Source: Octopus vulgaris | Taxonomy: Eukaryota | Direction of reading: 5' to 3' | NCBI GenBank assembly: GCA_951406725.2 | Contig: OX597816.1 | Span: 73,718,001 to 73,782,000, forward strand | DNA: 64,000 nucleotides | In this document: positions 37,400-50,809 of the stretch, in pieces | How the letters are laid out: the number at the start of each line of letters is the position of its first letter | Position numbering within the stretch: position 1 is the first letter of the stretch | Program-made: the position numbers and the translations under genes | Notes under the pieces: model-generated | Databases searched by the model: none | What the model was told of the DNA's origin: nothing | Seen by the model: only the letters and a program-made list of their open reading frames with translations

Positions 37400-38710
37400 A
37401 ATTTTCCAGATACTCTATCTTCTAATTAGCCTTAAGATTAAATTAAATAACGTTTAATATTGATACCGTCAAATTAGCCTTAGGATTAAATTAAATAACG
37501 TTTAATATTGTTTAATATTGTTAATAATTATTGTTAATTAGCCTTAGGATTAAATTAAATAACGTTTAATATTGTTTAATATTGTTAATAATTATTGTTA
37601 ATTAGCCTTAAGATTAAATTAAATAACGTTTAATATTGTTTTAATATTGTTAATAATTTTTCAGATACTCTATCTTCTAATTAGCCTTAAGATTAAATTA
37701 AATAACGTTTAATATTAATAACGTCTAATTAGCGTTAGGATTAAATTAAATAACGTTTAATATTGTTTAATATTGTTAATAATTATTGTTAATTAGCCTT
37801 AGGATTAAATTAAATAACGTTTAATATTGTTTAATATTGTTAATAATTATTGTTAATTAGCCTTAAGATTAAATTAAATAACGTTTAATATTGTTTTAAT
37901 ATTGTTAATAATTCTTCAGATACTCTATCTTCTAATTAGCCTTAAGATTAAATTAAATAACGTTTAATATTGTTTTAATATTGTTAATAATTCTTCAGAT
38001 ACTCTATCTTCTAATTAGCCTTAAGATTAAATTAAATAACGTTTAATATTACCCACACTCTAATATAATATTAACATTGCTAATATATTTTCAGATACTC
38101 TATCTCCTAATTAGCCTTAAGATTAAATAACGTTTTTACCCACACTCTAATATAATATTAATATTGCTAATATATTTTCAGATACTCTATCTTCTAATTA
38201 GCATTAAGATTAAATTAAATAACGTTTAATATTAATAACGTCTAATTAGCCTTAAGATTAAATTAAATAACGGTTAATATTGCTTAATATTGTATATATA
38301 ATTTTTCAGATACTCTGTCTTCTAATTAGCCTTAAGATTAAATTAAATAACGTTTAATATTACCCACACTCTAATATAATATTAATATTGCTAATATATT
38401 TTCAGATACTCTATCTCCAAATTAGCCTTAAGATTAAATAACGTTTTTTTACCCACACTCTAATATAATATTAATATTGCTAATATATTTTCAGATACTC
38501 TATCTCCTAATTAGCCTTAAGATTAAACAACGTTTTTATCCACACTCTAATATAATATTAATATTGCTAATACATTTTCAGATACTCTATCCCCTAATTA
38601 GCCTTAAGATTAAATAACGTTTTTACCCAAATAACGTTTTTACACAAACTTTAATATTGTTAATATTTCTTTTTCAAGTACTCTATCTTTTAATTAGCCT
38701 TAATATCTTC
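37400..38710. repeat. AT-rich complex minisatellite upstream of LINE B ORF1
   Basis: Many variant units built from TTTTCAGATACTCTATCTTC, TAATTAGCCTTAAGATTAAATTAAATAACGTTTAATATT and ACCCACACTCTAATATAATATT modules. Confidence 0.95.
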
Positions 38711-38764
38711 CTGTCTTCTCTCGAACATAATTAGATAGATAAACGGATAGACGGATTATCCAGC

Positions 38765-39666
38765 ATGTCCAGAGCATGGAGACCTGACGAGCTGGATTTA
38801 TTCGTACGAGCATGGGAGTGCGCCGGCGGAGATAGCCCTAGCGAGGTGATTGCGGCTGCGCTGAAGAGCAGAGGCTACAAGAGGACAGCGGCTCAGATGG
38901 AGCGAAAGAGACGGGAATTCGTGCGCTCATATGCGCTTGTACGGTCGCACATTGGCGCACTTGATGCCATCTTTGAGAACGAGCGGGGCAAAGATGGCAA
39001 GAATGGAGACGATGAAAGAAGTCACCCCCACCTGGTGGACGCCCGGGAGGAGGTTTTGAATGAGAAACCTGCCCGGGAAGTGAACCCAGGTGCAAGTTCT
39101 CCAACCGGCAGCAAGGGCCATGGAGACGGAGAACCCGGTGAAGAGGTAGAGGAGGAAGAAGAACTAAAAGAAGGACTGGAAGAGCTAAAGGAAAAGAAAA
39201 AGCTCAAGCAGGACCAAAGAGTGAAACAACCAGGAATAGAAGTGGAACCGCAAAGGATGGAACCAAACAGCGCACACGGGTGTGTATGTTCTACCTGAGA
39301 GGTTCCTGCTGGCATGGAAAGGAAGGTGCAGGCTGCCGCTTTGCACATCGGGGACCCTGCCACAGAGACACGAGGCAGATGGACAAACCATCAACACAAA
39401 GAAAAGGGATGGACCACGCACCACCTGCCCCAAAGCGGAGGTACGCAGATGTTGTGCGCGCCACAAACAGCCAACATGATGTTGTCGAAAGAGCAGCTGC
39501 TGAGCAACAATCTTTTTTGTGCATGGCACAAAAGATTGTACAGCAGCTGACCTGGCTTCATCAAACCCAAGCCCGCAGGTGGGACTACCCACTATATACC
39601 AGACCACCACAGCAAACAGACACAGGATGGACACCGCCGGCAACAACGTACACCTCACCTCGATAA
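38765..39666 (+). pseudogene. LINE B ORF1 (Myb/SANT-like domain, acidic linker, CCCH finger), split by a frame change near 39280
   Basis: AWRPDELDLFVRAW...IAAALKSRGYKRTAAQMERKRREF; CMFYLRGSCWHGKEGAGCRFAH in the next frame. Confidence 0.8.
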
Positions 39667-42598
39667 TCCTACTGAACATCAGAGGACTGCAAACACTCAG
39701 TAACAGGACAAAGATCCCGTTCCTGAGAGACTTTGTTGCATGCAATCAAGCCATATGCATAGCACTTACAGAAACGCACCTGAAACCGGACATAGCAGAT
39801 GCGGAGTTACACATACCACAGTATGCTGTACTACGGACCGACAGGAAAGAAAGGAGTCATGGAGGTGTTGCTATGTACATCCGTGAGGACCTCACACCCC
39901 AGGTCCTCTTGTCATACTCAAACTCGGTGTGTGACACACTAATTGTACATATTAGGCAACTTGATGTAGTTGTGTGTGCTACATATCGCCCTCCAGATGC
40001 CCCAAGCCATGTGGGCAAGTTTGAAGACTGCCTTATAAAAATAGAAGAAATTCTAACCACATTAGAACAACACATAGGTGTGCTTCTTATGGGAGACTTC
40101 AATCTGCCCAATGTCAGATGGCCCGAGGGCCTTTCTCTCCCAGGAATGACAAGATGTGAACGAGGACAGGCGAGGTCCCTCCTGAACCTCATCAACACCC
40201 TGTACATGGAGCAGGTAACACACTGGATCTCTGCTTCACAAATGACATGGATCTCATCCATAATGTGAAAGTGACACCGACACTACTCTCGGATCACAAC
40301 ATGATAGAGCTGACCATGTACGGGCCAAAAGAGAGCACGGACATGCAGCCTACAAGAAACCCTCAAAATCTTTCCAGCTTGAACTACCATAAGGCAAACT
40401 GGAAACAAATTGAGAAAGAGATCCTCAAACAAAACTGGCCTAAATGTCTCTCCTCGCCAGACATCGACGTGAAACTTCAACAATTCATGTCTGTAATGCA
40501 AGCCATATGCTACAAATGTGTCCCAGAGAGAAAGGCCACTGTACACAAGAACAAAATCCCCAGAGAGAGGAAAATTTTAATGAGACGGCGTACGAAATTT
40601 TCAAATCGCCTAAACAAACAGATTGAAAGCAGTGAAAAGTCCCGCCTAAAAATAAAATTGTTGGAAATCGAAAAATGTCTGCAACTCTCCCATGAAAAAG
40701 AAAGAGCAGACAAAGAAGCCTGGGCTATAGAAAACATAAAATCTAACCCCAGAGCTTTCTACAGGTATGCCAAAGAAACAGCTACAGTGCACTGTAGAAT
40801 AGGGCCACTCCTCGAAAAGGATGGCACACTTACAGGAAAACCAATGAGGGTAAGTGAAATACTGAATGAGCAATTCAAGAGTGTTTTCACTCCACCCCTT
40901 GGGCATCTCCAAATCACCAATCCAACTGACTTTTTTACCACTGCAGATATAAAATCAGAGGCGGCGACGATAGATTACATCGATATAAAGGAAGACGATG
41001 TAACGAAGGCTATAGATGAAATGAAAACAGACTCAGCTACTGGCCCCGATGGATTCCCGGCAATCCTCCTAAAAGCATGTAAGAGAGTCCTAGCAAGACC
41101 ACTGCAGTTCCTCTTTCAGAGCTTCCTTGCAGCTGGCAAACTTCCAGGAAAACTGAAGGAAGGTAAAATATGCCCCATTCATAAAGGAGGTAGCAGAGCG
41201 GAAGCCAAGAACTATAGACCTATCTCTCTGACCTCACACATCAGCAAGGTCATGGAACGAATAGTCAGAAGGAAGCTGATCACCTTCCTTGAAGAGAATG
41301 ACTTGCTGCCCGACACCCAACATGGTTTCCGACCAGGGAGAAGCTGTTTAACTCAGCTCCTACAACACTATGACTGGGTGCTGAAACGGCTGCTCAACCA
41401 CTCAAATGTGGAAGTGATATATCTCGACTTTGCAAAGGCCTTTGATAAAGTCGATCATGGAATGATATGTCACAAACTGCGTGATCTCAACATAGTTGGA
41501 AAACTGGGAGAATGGCTTCATGACTTTCTGAAGGATAGAAGTCAGGTGGTAGTAGCCAACGGGGCCACCTCCATTAACACACAAATAGTGAGCGGTGTTC
41601 CGCAGGGCACTGTTCTGGGACCACAACTGTTCATAATGGCCCTCTCAGACATGCCCTCAGCCACGCAGAGAGCCACGATCACAAGTTATGCAGATGATAC
41701 AAAAGTTTCACAGGCAATACAGAACCCTGAGGACACTAAACACCTGCAATGTGAGCTGGACGAAATATACAAGTGGGCTGAAAAGAATAGCATGCAGTTC
41801 AATGCTGGAAAGTTTCAAGCTTTATACTATCAGCATGCAAAACTGAATGCAATACCCAATGAATACACTGGACCCGGAGGGATTGCAATCCCAGAGGCAC
41901 AATCAGTGCGTGACCTGGGTATTCACATGAGTGATGACGCGACCTTTCATGTACATGTTGTTAAACTGACAATGAAATGTAGATGGCTGGCTGGATGGAT
42001 TCTTAGAACCTTTAGAACAAGAGAACAAGAAACCATGATGGTCCTCTGGAAGACACTTGTCCTAAGCCACTTTGACTATTGCTCTCAGCTATGGTCACCA
42101 TCCAGTGTCAAGTGGATCACAGAGCTCGAGGCGATCCAGCGTAGCTACACGAAGAAGATAGCCTCTATGCAGAATGTAAGCTACTGGGAAAGACTCAAGA
42201 GATTAAAACTGTATTCCCTGGAGCGTAGGCGGGAAAGATATGCCATAATATACATCTGGAAGATCCTGGAGGGACGTGTCCCAAATTTTGGCATCGAGAG
42301 TTACACAAATGCCAGAACTGGGCGCCACTGCGTGGTGCCTAGGACTCCAAATTTGCCATCAAGATGTAGGACAAGATACTGTGATAGCCTGGGCTTCCGA
42401 GGCCCACAGCTCTTCAATATCCTCCCGAAGAACCTGAGAGACCTGCATGGGGTGGATACAGATGTCTTTAAAATGAAGCTGGATCTCTTCCTGTCAGGTG
42501 TCCCAGATGAACCAACTTCACGGCAGGAGGTGCAGATGAGGGCAGCTGCATCGAACTCTCTCATGCACCAAATAGCAGTTGCTAGAAAGCCTCCATGA
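39627..42598 (+). pseudogene. LINE B ORF2 (APE + RT), frameshifted by a small deletion near 40215
   Basis: LLNIRGL, LTETHL, YRPP, MGDFN; NTLDLCFTN continues in another frame; [27 protein letters not shown]. Confidence 0.94.
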
Positions 42599-42686
42599 AG
42601 TGAAACCAAGTAGCAACACCAAATGGCGGTGCCCCAGCATGGCCACAGCTCATAAGCTGAAACTAGAATCAATCAATCAATCAATC

Positions 42687-43864
<1,178 letters not shown>

Positions 43865-44276
43865 CGCGCAGGAGTGGCTGTGTGGTAAGTAGCTTGTCTA
43901 CCAACCACATGGTTCCGGGTTCAGTCCACTGCGTGGCAACTTGGACAAGTGTCTTCTACTATAGCCTCGGGCCAACCAAAGCCTTGTGTGTGGATTTGGT
44001 AGACGGAAACTGAAAGAAGCCTGTCGTATATATGTATATATATATATATATATGCGTGTGTGTGTTTGTGTGTCTGTGTTTGTCCCCTAGCATTGCTTGA
44101 CAACCGATGCTGGTGTGTTTATGTCCCTGTTACTTAGCAGTTCGGCAAACGAGACCGATAGAATAAGTACTGGGCTTACAAAAGAATAAGTCCCGGGGTC
44201 GAGTTGCTCGATTAAAGGCGGTGCTCCAGCATGGCCACAGTCAAATGACTGAAACAAGTAAAAGAGTAAAAAGAGT
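43865..44276 (+). mobile_element. SINE family 2, full copy
   Basis: Nearly identical to 6538-6945. Confidence 0.93.
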
Positions 44277-44312
44277 ATACATATATATATATACATATAT
44301 ATATATACATAC

Positions 44313-44383
<71 letters not shown>

Positions 44384-44390
44384 TATATAC

Positions 44391-44439
<49 letters not shown>

Positions 44440-44524
44440 TACATATATATATATATATACATATATACATATATATATATACATACATATATACATATAT
44501 ATACATATATACATATATATATAC

Positions 44525-44581
<57 letters not shown>

Positions 44582-44610
44582 TACATATATATATATATAC
44601 ACATATATAC

Positions 44611-44643
<33 letters not shown>

Positions 44644-44826
44644 CATATATACATATATATATATACATACATATATACATATATATATATACATATATAC
44701 ATATATATATACATATATATACATATATATATACATATATATATATACATATATATATATATACATATATATATATGTATACATATATATATATATACAT
44801 ATATATATATACATATATATATATAT

Positions 44827-46827
44827 GGTTTGATTGATTGATTGATTGATTCTAGTTTCAGCTTATGAGCTGTGGCCATGCTGGGGCACCGCCATTTGGT
44901 GTTGCTACTTGGTTTCACTTCATGGAGGCTTTCTAGCAACTGCTATTTGGTGCATGAGAGAGTTCGATGCAGCTGCCCTCATCTGCCCCTCCTGCCGTGA
45001 AGTTGGTTCATCTGGGACACCTGACAGGAAGAGATCCAGCTTCATTTTAAAGACATCTGTATCCACCCCATGCAGGTCTCTCAGGTTCTTCGGGAGGATA
45101 TTGAAGAGCTGTGGGCCTCGGAAGCCCAGGCTATCACAGAATCTTGTCCTACATCTTGATGGCAGGTTTGGAGTCCTAGGCACCACGCAGTGGCGCCCAG
45201 TTCTGGCATTTGCGTAACTCTCGATGCCAAAGTTCAGGACACTTCCCTCCAGGATCTTCCAGATGTATATTATGGCATATCTTTCCCGCCTACACTCCAG
45301 GGAATATAATTTTAATCTCTTGAGTCTTTCCCAGTAGCTTACATTCTGCATAGAGGCTATCTTCTTTGTGTAGCTTCGTTGGATCGCCTCAAGTTCTGTG
45401 ATCCAACTTGACACTGGATGGTGACCATAGCTGAGAGCAATAGTCAAAGTGGCTTAGGACAAGTGTCTTCCAGAGGACCATCATGGTTTCTTGTTCTCTT
45501 GTTCTAAAGGTTCTAAGAATCCATCCAGCCAGCCGTCTACATTTCATTGTCAGTTTAGCAACATGTACATGAAAGGTCGCGTCATCACTCATGTGAATAC
45601 CCAGGTCACGCACTGATTGTGCCTCTGGGATTGCAATCCCTCCGGGTCCAGTGTATTCATTGGGTATTGCATTCAGTTTTGCATGCTGATAGTATAAAGC
45701 TTGAAACTTTCCAGCATTGAACTGCATGCTATTCTTTTCAGCCCACTTGTATATTTCGTCCAGCTCACATTGCAGGTGTTTAGTGTCCTCAGGGTTCTGT
45801 ATTGCCTGTGAAACTTTTGTATCATCTGCATAACTTGTGATCGTGGCTCTCTGCGTGGCTGAGGGCATGTCTGAGAGGGCCATTATGAACAGTAGTGGTC
45901 CCAGAACAGTGCCCTGCGGAACACCGCTCACTATTTGTGTGTTAATGGATGTGGCCCCATTGGCTACTACCACCTGACTTCTATCCTTCAGAAAGTCATG
46001 AAGCCATTCTCCCAGTTTTCCAACTATGTTGAGATCACGCAGTTTGTGACATATCATTCCATGATCGACTTTATCAAAGGCCTTTGCAAAGTCGAGATAT
46101 ATCACTTCCACATTTGAGTGGTTGAGCAGCCGTTTCAGCACCCAGTCATAGTGTTGTAGGAGCTGAGTTAAACAGCTTCTCCCTGGTCGGAAACCATGTT
46201 GGGTGTCGGGCAGCAAGTCATTCTCTTCAAGGAAGGTGATCAGCTTCCTTCTGACTATTCGTTCCATGACCTTGCTGATGTGTGAGGTCAGAGAGATAGG
46301 TCTATAGTTCTTGGCTTCCGCTCTGCTACCTCCTTTATGAATGGGGCATATTTTACCTTCCTTCAGTTTTCCTGGAAGTTTGCCAGCTGCAAGGAAGCTC
46401 TGAAAGAGGAACTGCAGTGGTCTTGCTAGGACTCTCTTACATGCTTTTAGGAGGATTGCCGGGAATCCATCGGGGCCAGTAGCTGAGTCTGTTTTCATTT
46501 CATCTATAGCCTTCGTTACATCGTCTTCCTTTATATCGATGTAATCTATCGTCGCCGCCTCTGATTTTATATCTGCAGTGGTAAAAAAGTCAGTTGGATT
46601 GGTGATTTGGAGATGCCCAAGGGGTGGAGTGAAAACACTCTTGAATTGCTCATTCAGTATTTCACTTACCCTCATTGGTTTTCCTGTAAGTGTGCCATCC
46701 TTTTCGAGGAGTGGCCCTATTCTACAGTGCACTGTAGCTGTTTTTTTGGCATACCTGTAGAAAGCTCTGGGGTTAGATTTTATGTTTTCTATAGCCCAGG
46801 CTTCTTTGTCTGCTCTTTCTTTTTCAT
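44827..46827 (-). mobile_element. 5'-truncated near-identical copy of LINE B (RT + 3' end)
   Basis: Reverse complement of 40692-42686 with few substitutions and a 1-nt insertion near 45405; same (AATC)n tail; (TA)n on both sides. Confidence 0.97.
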
Positions 46828-46885
46828 ATATATATATAAACATATACATATATATATATACATATATATATATAAATATATATAC

Positions 46886-46991
<106 letters not shown>

Positions 46992-47169
46992 TAATGCGTT
47001 CTTTACTAACTAGAAGAGTTGACAAAAGTATCGAAAATGGAACTGGATGATACAGGGTTGGATTACAAAAACGTGTGAAAAATGGTAAATAACACAAACA
47101 AAATTCAGACAAAAGTCGGAGAGCGGATGCTTGGTTCTGGTCAGGAGTGTACTTAAGCAAAGCAAGAGG

Positions 47170-47925
47170 CTCAGGTGGTTATAGACGATAGAGATGACGC
47201 TGGCGTTCACCACTTCTACTCAAACTTTCATGGGAACCTTACTCGTCACCTCGTCATTCTCCGCCTGCAAATCTAGATTAAACCAGACTCCAAACATTTT
47301 AACCGGCCCATCCGTCCACCACCCAACGACGCTGCTGGGCTGTATAGACCTGCTGCTCCAGGTGCCAAAACACAGGCCCACTGACTTTTTCTGCTTGATT
47401 TCGGCTCCAATCACCGCCTCGTATTGCCTTAGAACAGTACCGATCACCTCAATATGTCTTGTGTCCAACATTACGGCAGTTACATAGTCCGTGTAGGCCG
47501 ATACGGACCTTGAGCATCCTATTTCACGCAGGATTTCCATCAATGTTTCTAGTTTTGACTGTAGGAGCTGAAGACTCAGTACATACACGAGAGACGAGAG
47601 AAGACAACTTTGACTGGCCACGCCCATGATACCAAATGACTCCGCTAAGTGGCTTGTTACTTTTACCATGGAACAGATGTTGCCATACATTGCGACGATC
47701 CAACGCACTGAAGACAGAAACGAAGCCAACTGCTATAAGGAAAACCGCTAGGCATTGGTGATCGGATTCATCAAAGCAGATCAGGGCCTCACTCATGTTA
47801 TGTGCGTTACCCATCCTGTCTTTAATGGATCGCACGAGGTGAGCGTTGTCGTAGAGAAATTTATGTCGGATGGTGAATGTTTGCGCATTACCAGTTAGAC
47901 TACCAATGGTGTCAACCTCTTAGCT
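47170..47925 (-). pseudogene. L1/Tx1-like reverse transcriptase remnant
   Basis: SQSCLLSSLVYVLSLQLL, SVSAYTDYVT (AYADD-like), YEAVIGAEIKQKKSVGL, GPVKMFGVWF. Confidence 0.75.
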
Positions 47926-48009
47926 CTTGGTCCATATTACTCTATAAGATGCATAGGTTTCCCAGTTCCTCTGGCGTCCCTGGACGGGACATCGGTCCGT
48001 CGCAGGATT

Positions 48010-48145
48010 ATTCAGTCTTACCAGCTGACTAGAACAACGTAAAATGAAGTGTTTTTCTCAAGAACACCATACATTGCCCGGTCCAGGAATTGAAATCACA
48101 ATCATACGATCACGAATCCAACACCCTCACATCTAAACCAATACG
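48010..48145 (-). mobile_element. SINE family 1-related fragment
   Basis: CAGCTGA...AATGAAGTGTTTTTCTCAAGAACAC...CCAGGAATTGAAATCACAA is the reverse complement of the family 1 head and body. Confidence 0.65.
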
Positions 48146-48437
48146 CCTACACTTCTTAGCTAATATTTTGGCTCAAATCTTGAAATCTGCGATCAGCTCG
48201 GCGAGTTAATGATCCGTAATGAAATACCTTCAAAATCAAATACCGCAAGATATTTTGTCTGCCAATCTCTCTGTTCTGCAATTTAACCCCCCCATCCCGG
48301 GGGAGTGTGTAAGATTTAGTGATGTTTATAACTTTGTCAGAATTATCAGTGAAGGATTTTTTCAAAAGAATGAAAAAATAAACTACTTAGATTGTTCACC
48401 CTCCCTCTCTCAATCTATCTATCTAACTATCTATCTG

Positions 48438-48497
<60 letters not shown>

Positions 48498-48659
48498 CAT
48501 ATTTCTCCCTCTCTTTATCTATCTATAACTTTATGTCTCAACATCTAGTTTTGTTTGTAAGCATGTGTAATGTCTCTCTCTCACTCTCTCATTTTCTCTC
48601 TCACTTTATGTGTGTGTGTGAGTGCGTGTAAGTATGTGATTGTACGTATGTGAGTGTGT

Positions 48660-48719
<60 letters not shown>

Positions 48720-48994
48720 TTGTGCGTATGTATGAGAGAAAGAGAGAGAAACTGAGTGAGTGTATTTGCCTCCAGTGCCAAAACACTCTGTCCCCCAAAC
48801 TAGGGTGAATATCCTCTTAGCCCTGCCAATTCGTCAGCGTCTCGTCTAAACGGCTGAACCCAATTGTCACGTGGTGGCGTTTAACTGAATGACGGCACGG
48901 CGGGCCATGATGAATTTTTTTTTTTTTTTTATCAATGAAGAAATGACAAATAAATTTAATAACTGAAACCGATGAAGAAGAAAGTAGACATATG

Positions 48995-49550
48995 CTCAAA
49001 AATCAAGAACGAGTAGGTTGAAAGAGATGAAAGAAGAGAGAGAAATAAAGAGAGGGAAACGCAGAGATGAGGAGAAAGTAATAAAGAGAAAGAGAGAGAC
49101 AGAGAAACATAGAGAAAGAGGAAGAAGGAGATAGAAAGAAAGAAAGGGAGAGAAACACTGAGAGAGATAGGAAAGAGGGTAACAAAGAAGAGAGAGACGC
49201 GCGAAAAGAAAGAGGAAGAGGGTAAAAAAAGAAATAAAGAGAGATAAACAAAGAGAGAGACGGAGGAGAGAGTAACAAAGAGGAAAAGGGAGAAAGAGAG
49301 AAAGAAACATAGAGCAAGACGAAGAGGAAGAGACAGAGAAACACAGAGAAACGGAGAAGAAGGGATAATAAAAAGAGAGATAGAAACAAAGAGTGAAAGA
49401 AATTGCGGAGAGGGAGAGAAATACAGAGAAAGAGAGAGGAAAGAGAGGAAAGCAGAGAGAGGGAAAACAGAGAAAGAGAACAAACAGAGAGTAACACAGA
49501 AAGAAAGAGAGGGAGGGAGGGAGAGGAACACAGAAACAGAGAAACGAACA
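48995..49550. repeat. Degenerate polypurine (GA-rich) tract
   Basis: About 550 bp almost entirely A/G on the plus strand. Confidence 0.9.
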
Positions 49551-49593
49551 CACAAAAACCGATTTCTGTGCTACAAGGTTTTTTGTTTTTAAT

Positions 49594-49651
<58 letters not shown>

Positions 49652-49758
49652 GTATGTATGTATATATGTATGTATGTATGTATGTATATACATATATATA
49701 TATGTATGTATGTATATATATATATATATACACATACATACATATATATATACATACG

Positions 49759-49812
<54 letters not shown>

Positions 49813-50294
49813 CACACATATATATATATACATACATATATATATACATACATATATATATACATACATATATATATATATATACATATATATACATATA
49901 TATATACATATATATACATATATATACATATATATATATATATATACATACATATATACATATATACATACATACATACATACATACATACATACATGTA
50001 TATATATATATATATTTATGTATTTTTGTCTATGTCTGGAGCTACTCCAAATACCCGTAAATATTAAAATTAACTGTTAGGTAAAACTGAATAGATAAAA
50101 AAAAAATTAGTTAATATGGTAGAAGTTGGCGTTGGCGGGAGTAGAAAGATAGGAAAACAATGGCGCCAAAATAGCTTGCTAATCAATCAACCCATGTGAA
50201 ATTTTTTTACATTATTGCGAATTGTTTGCGATTGTTTCGTTGACATACATTCTTGCTACTTTCTTTCATTATCATTGTTATTGTTGTTGTTGTT

Positions 50295-50329
<35 letters not shown>

Positions 50330-50457
50330 TATCGTTATATTTTATCGTATTCTTCATTACTTTTCTTTTGTTTACCATTTATTATATTCTAGTATGGCTT
50401 ACTGATACATACATGCATACACACATAGATACAAACGTACTTACGTACACACATACG

Positions 50458-50503
<46 letters not shown>

Positions 50504-50567
50504 CAAACACACACATATATATACAGGTTTATGTATGTATGTATGTATGTATGTATGTATGTATGTA

Positions 50568-50602
<35 letters not shown>

Positions 50603-50774
50603 AAAGAAACTAATAATTTATATTATCATCCTTCATTTATCATAAATATGTATGAATAAGCGTGTGTATGCGTCTGTGCGTATGTCTGTGTGTCTATGAA
50701 TATGAAACACAAAGAAACCAGTAATGTAAAACAATAAGGATTTATAACAGCAATGATAATGATGATGTTCGTGT

Positions 50775-50809
<35 letters not shown>

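Larger units (their letters stand above)
36951..42686 (+). mobile_element. Probably full-length LINE 'B' (APE-RT, CR1/L2 group) in (TA)n; 5' boundary inferred
   Basis: ORF1 and ORF2 with one frameshift each, 3' hairpin and (AATC)n tail; (TA)n at both inferred ends; assignment of 36951-38764 as 5' UTR is inference. Confidence 0.85.

Noticed and set aside
37400-38710. Repeat array as a possible CRISPR
   Set aside because: Units are contiguous recombined modules without unique spacers, there are no cas genes, and the context is eukaryotic
48956-50080. 199-333 aa hydrophobic or charged ORFs
   Set aside because: Derived from the GA-rich tract and TA microsatellite
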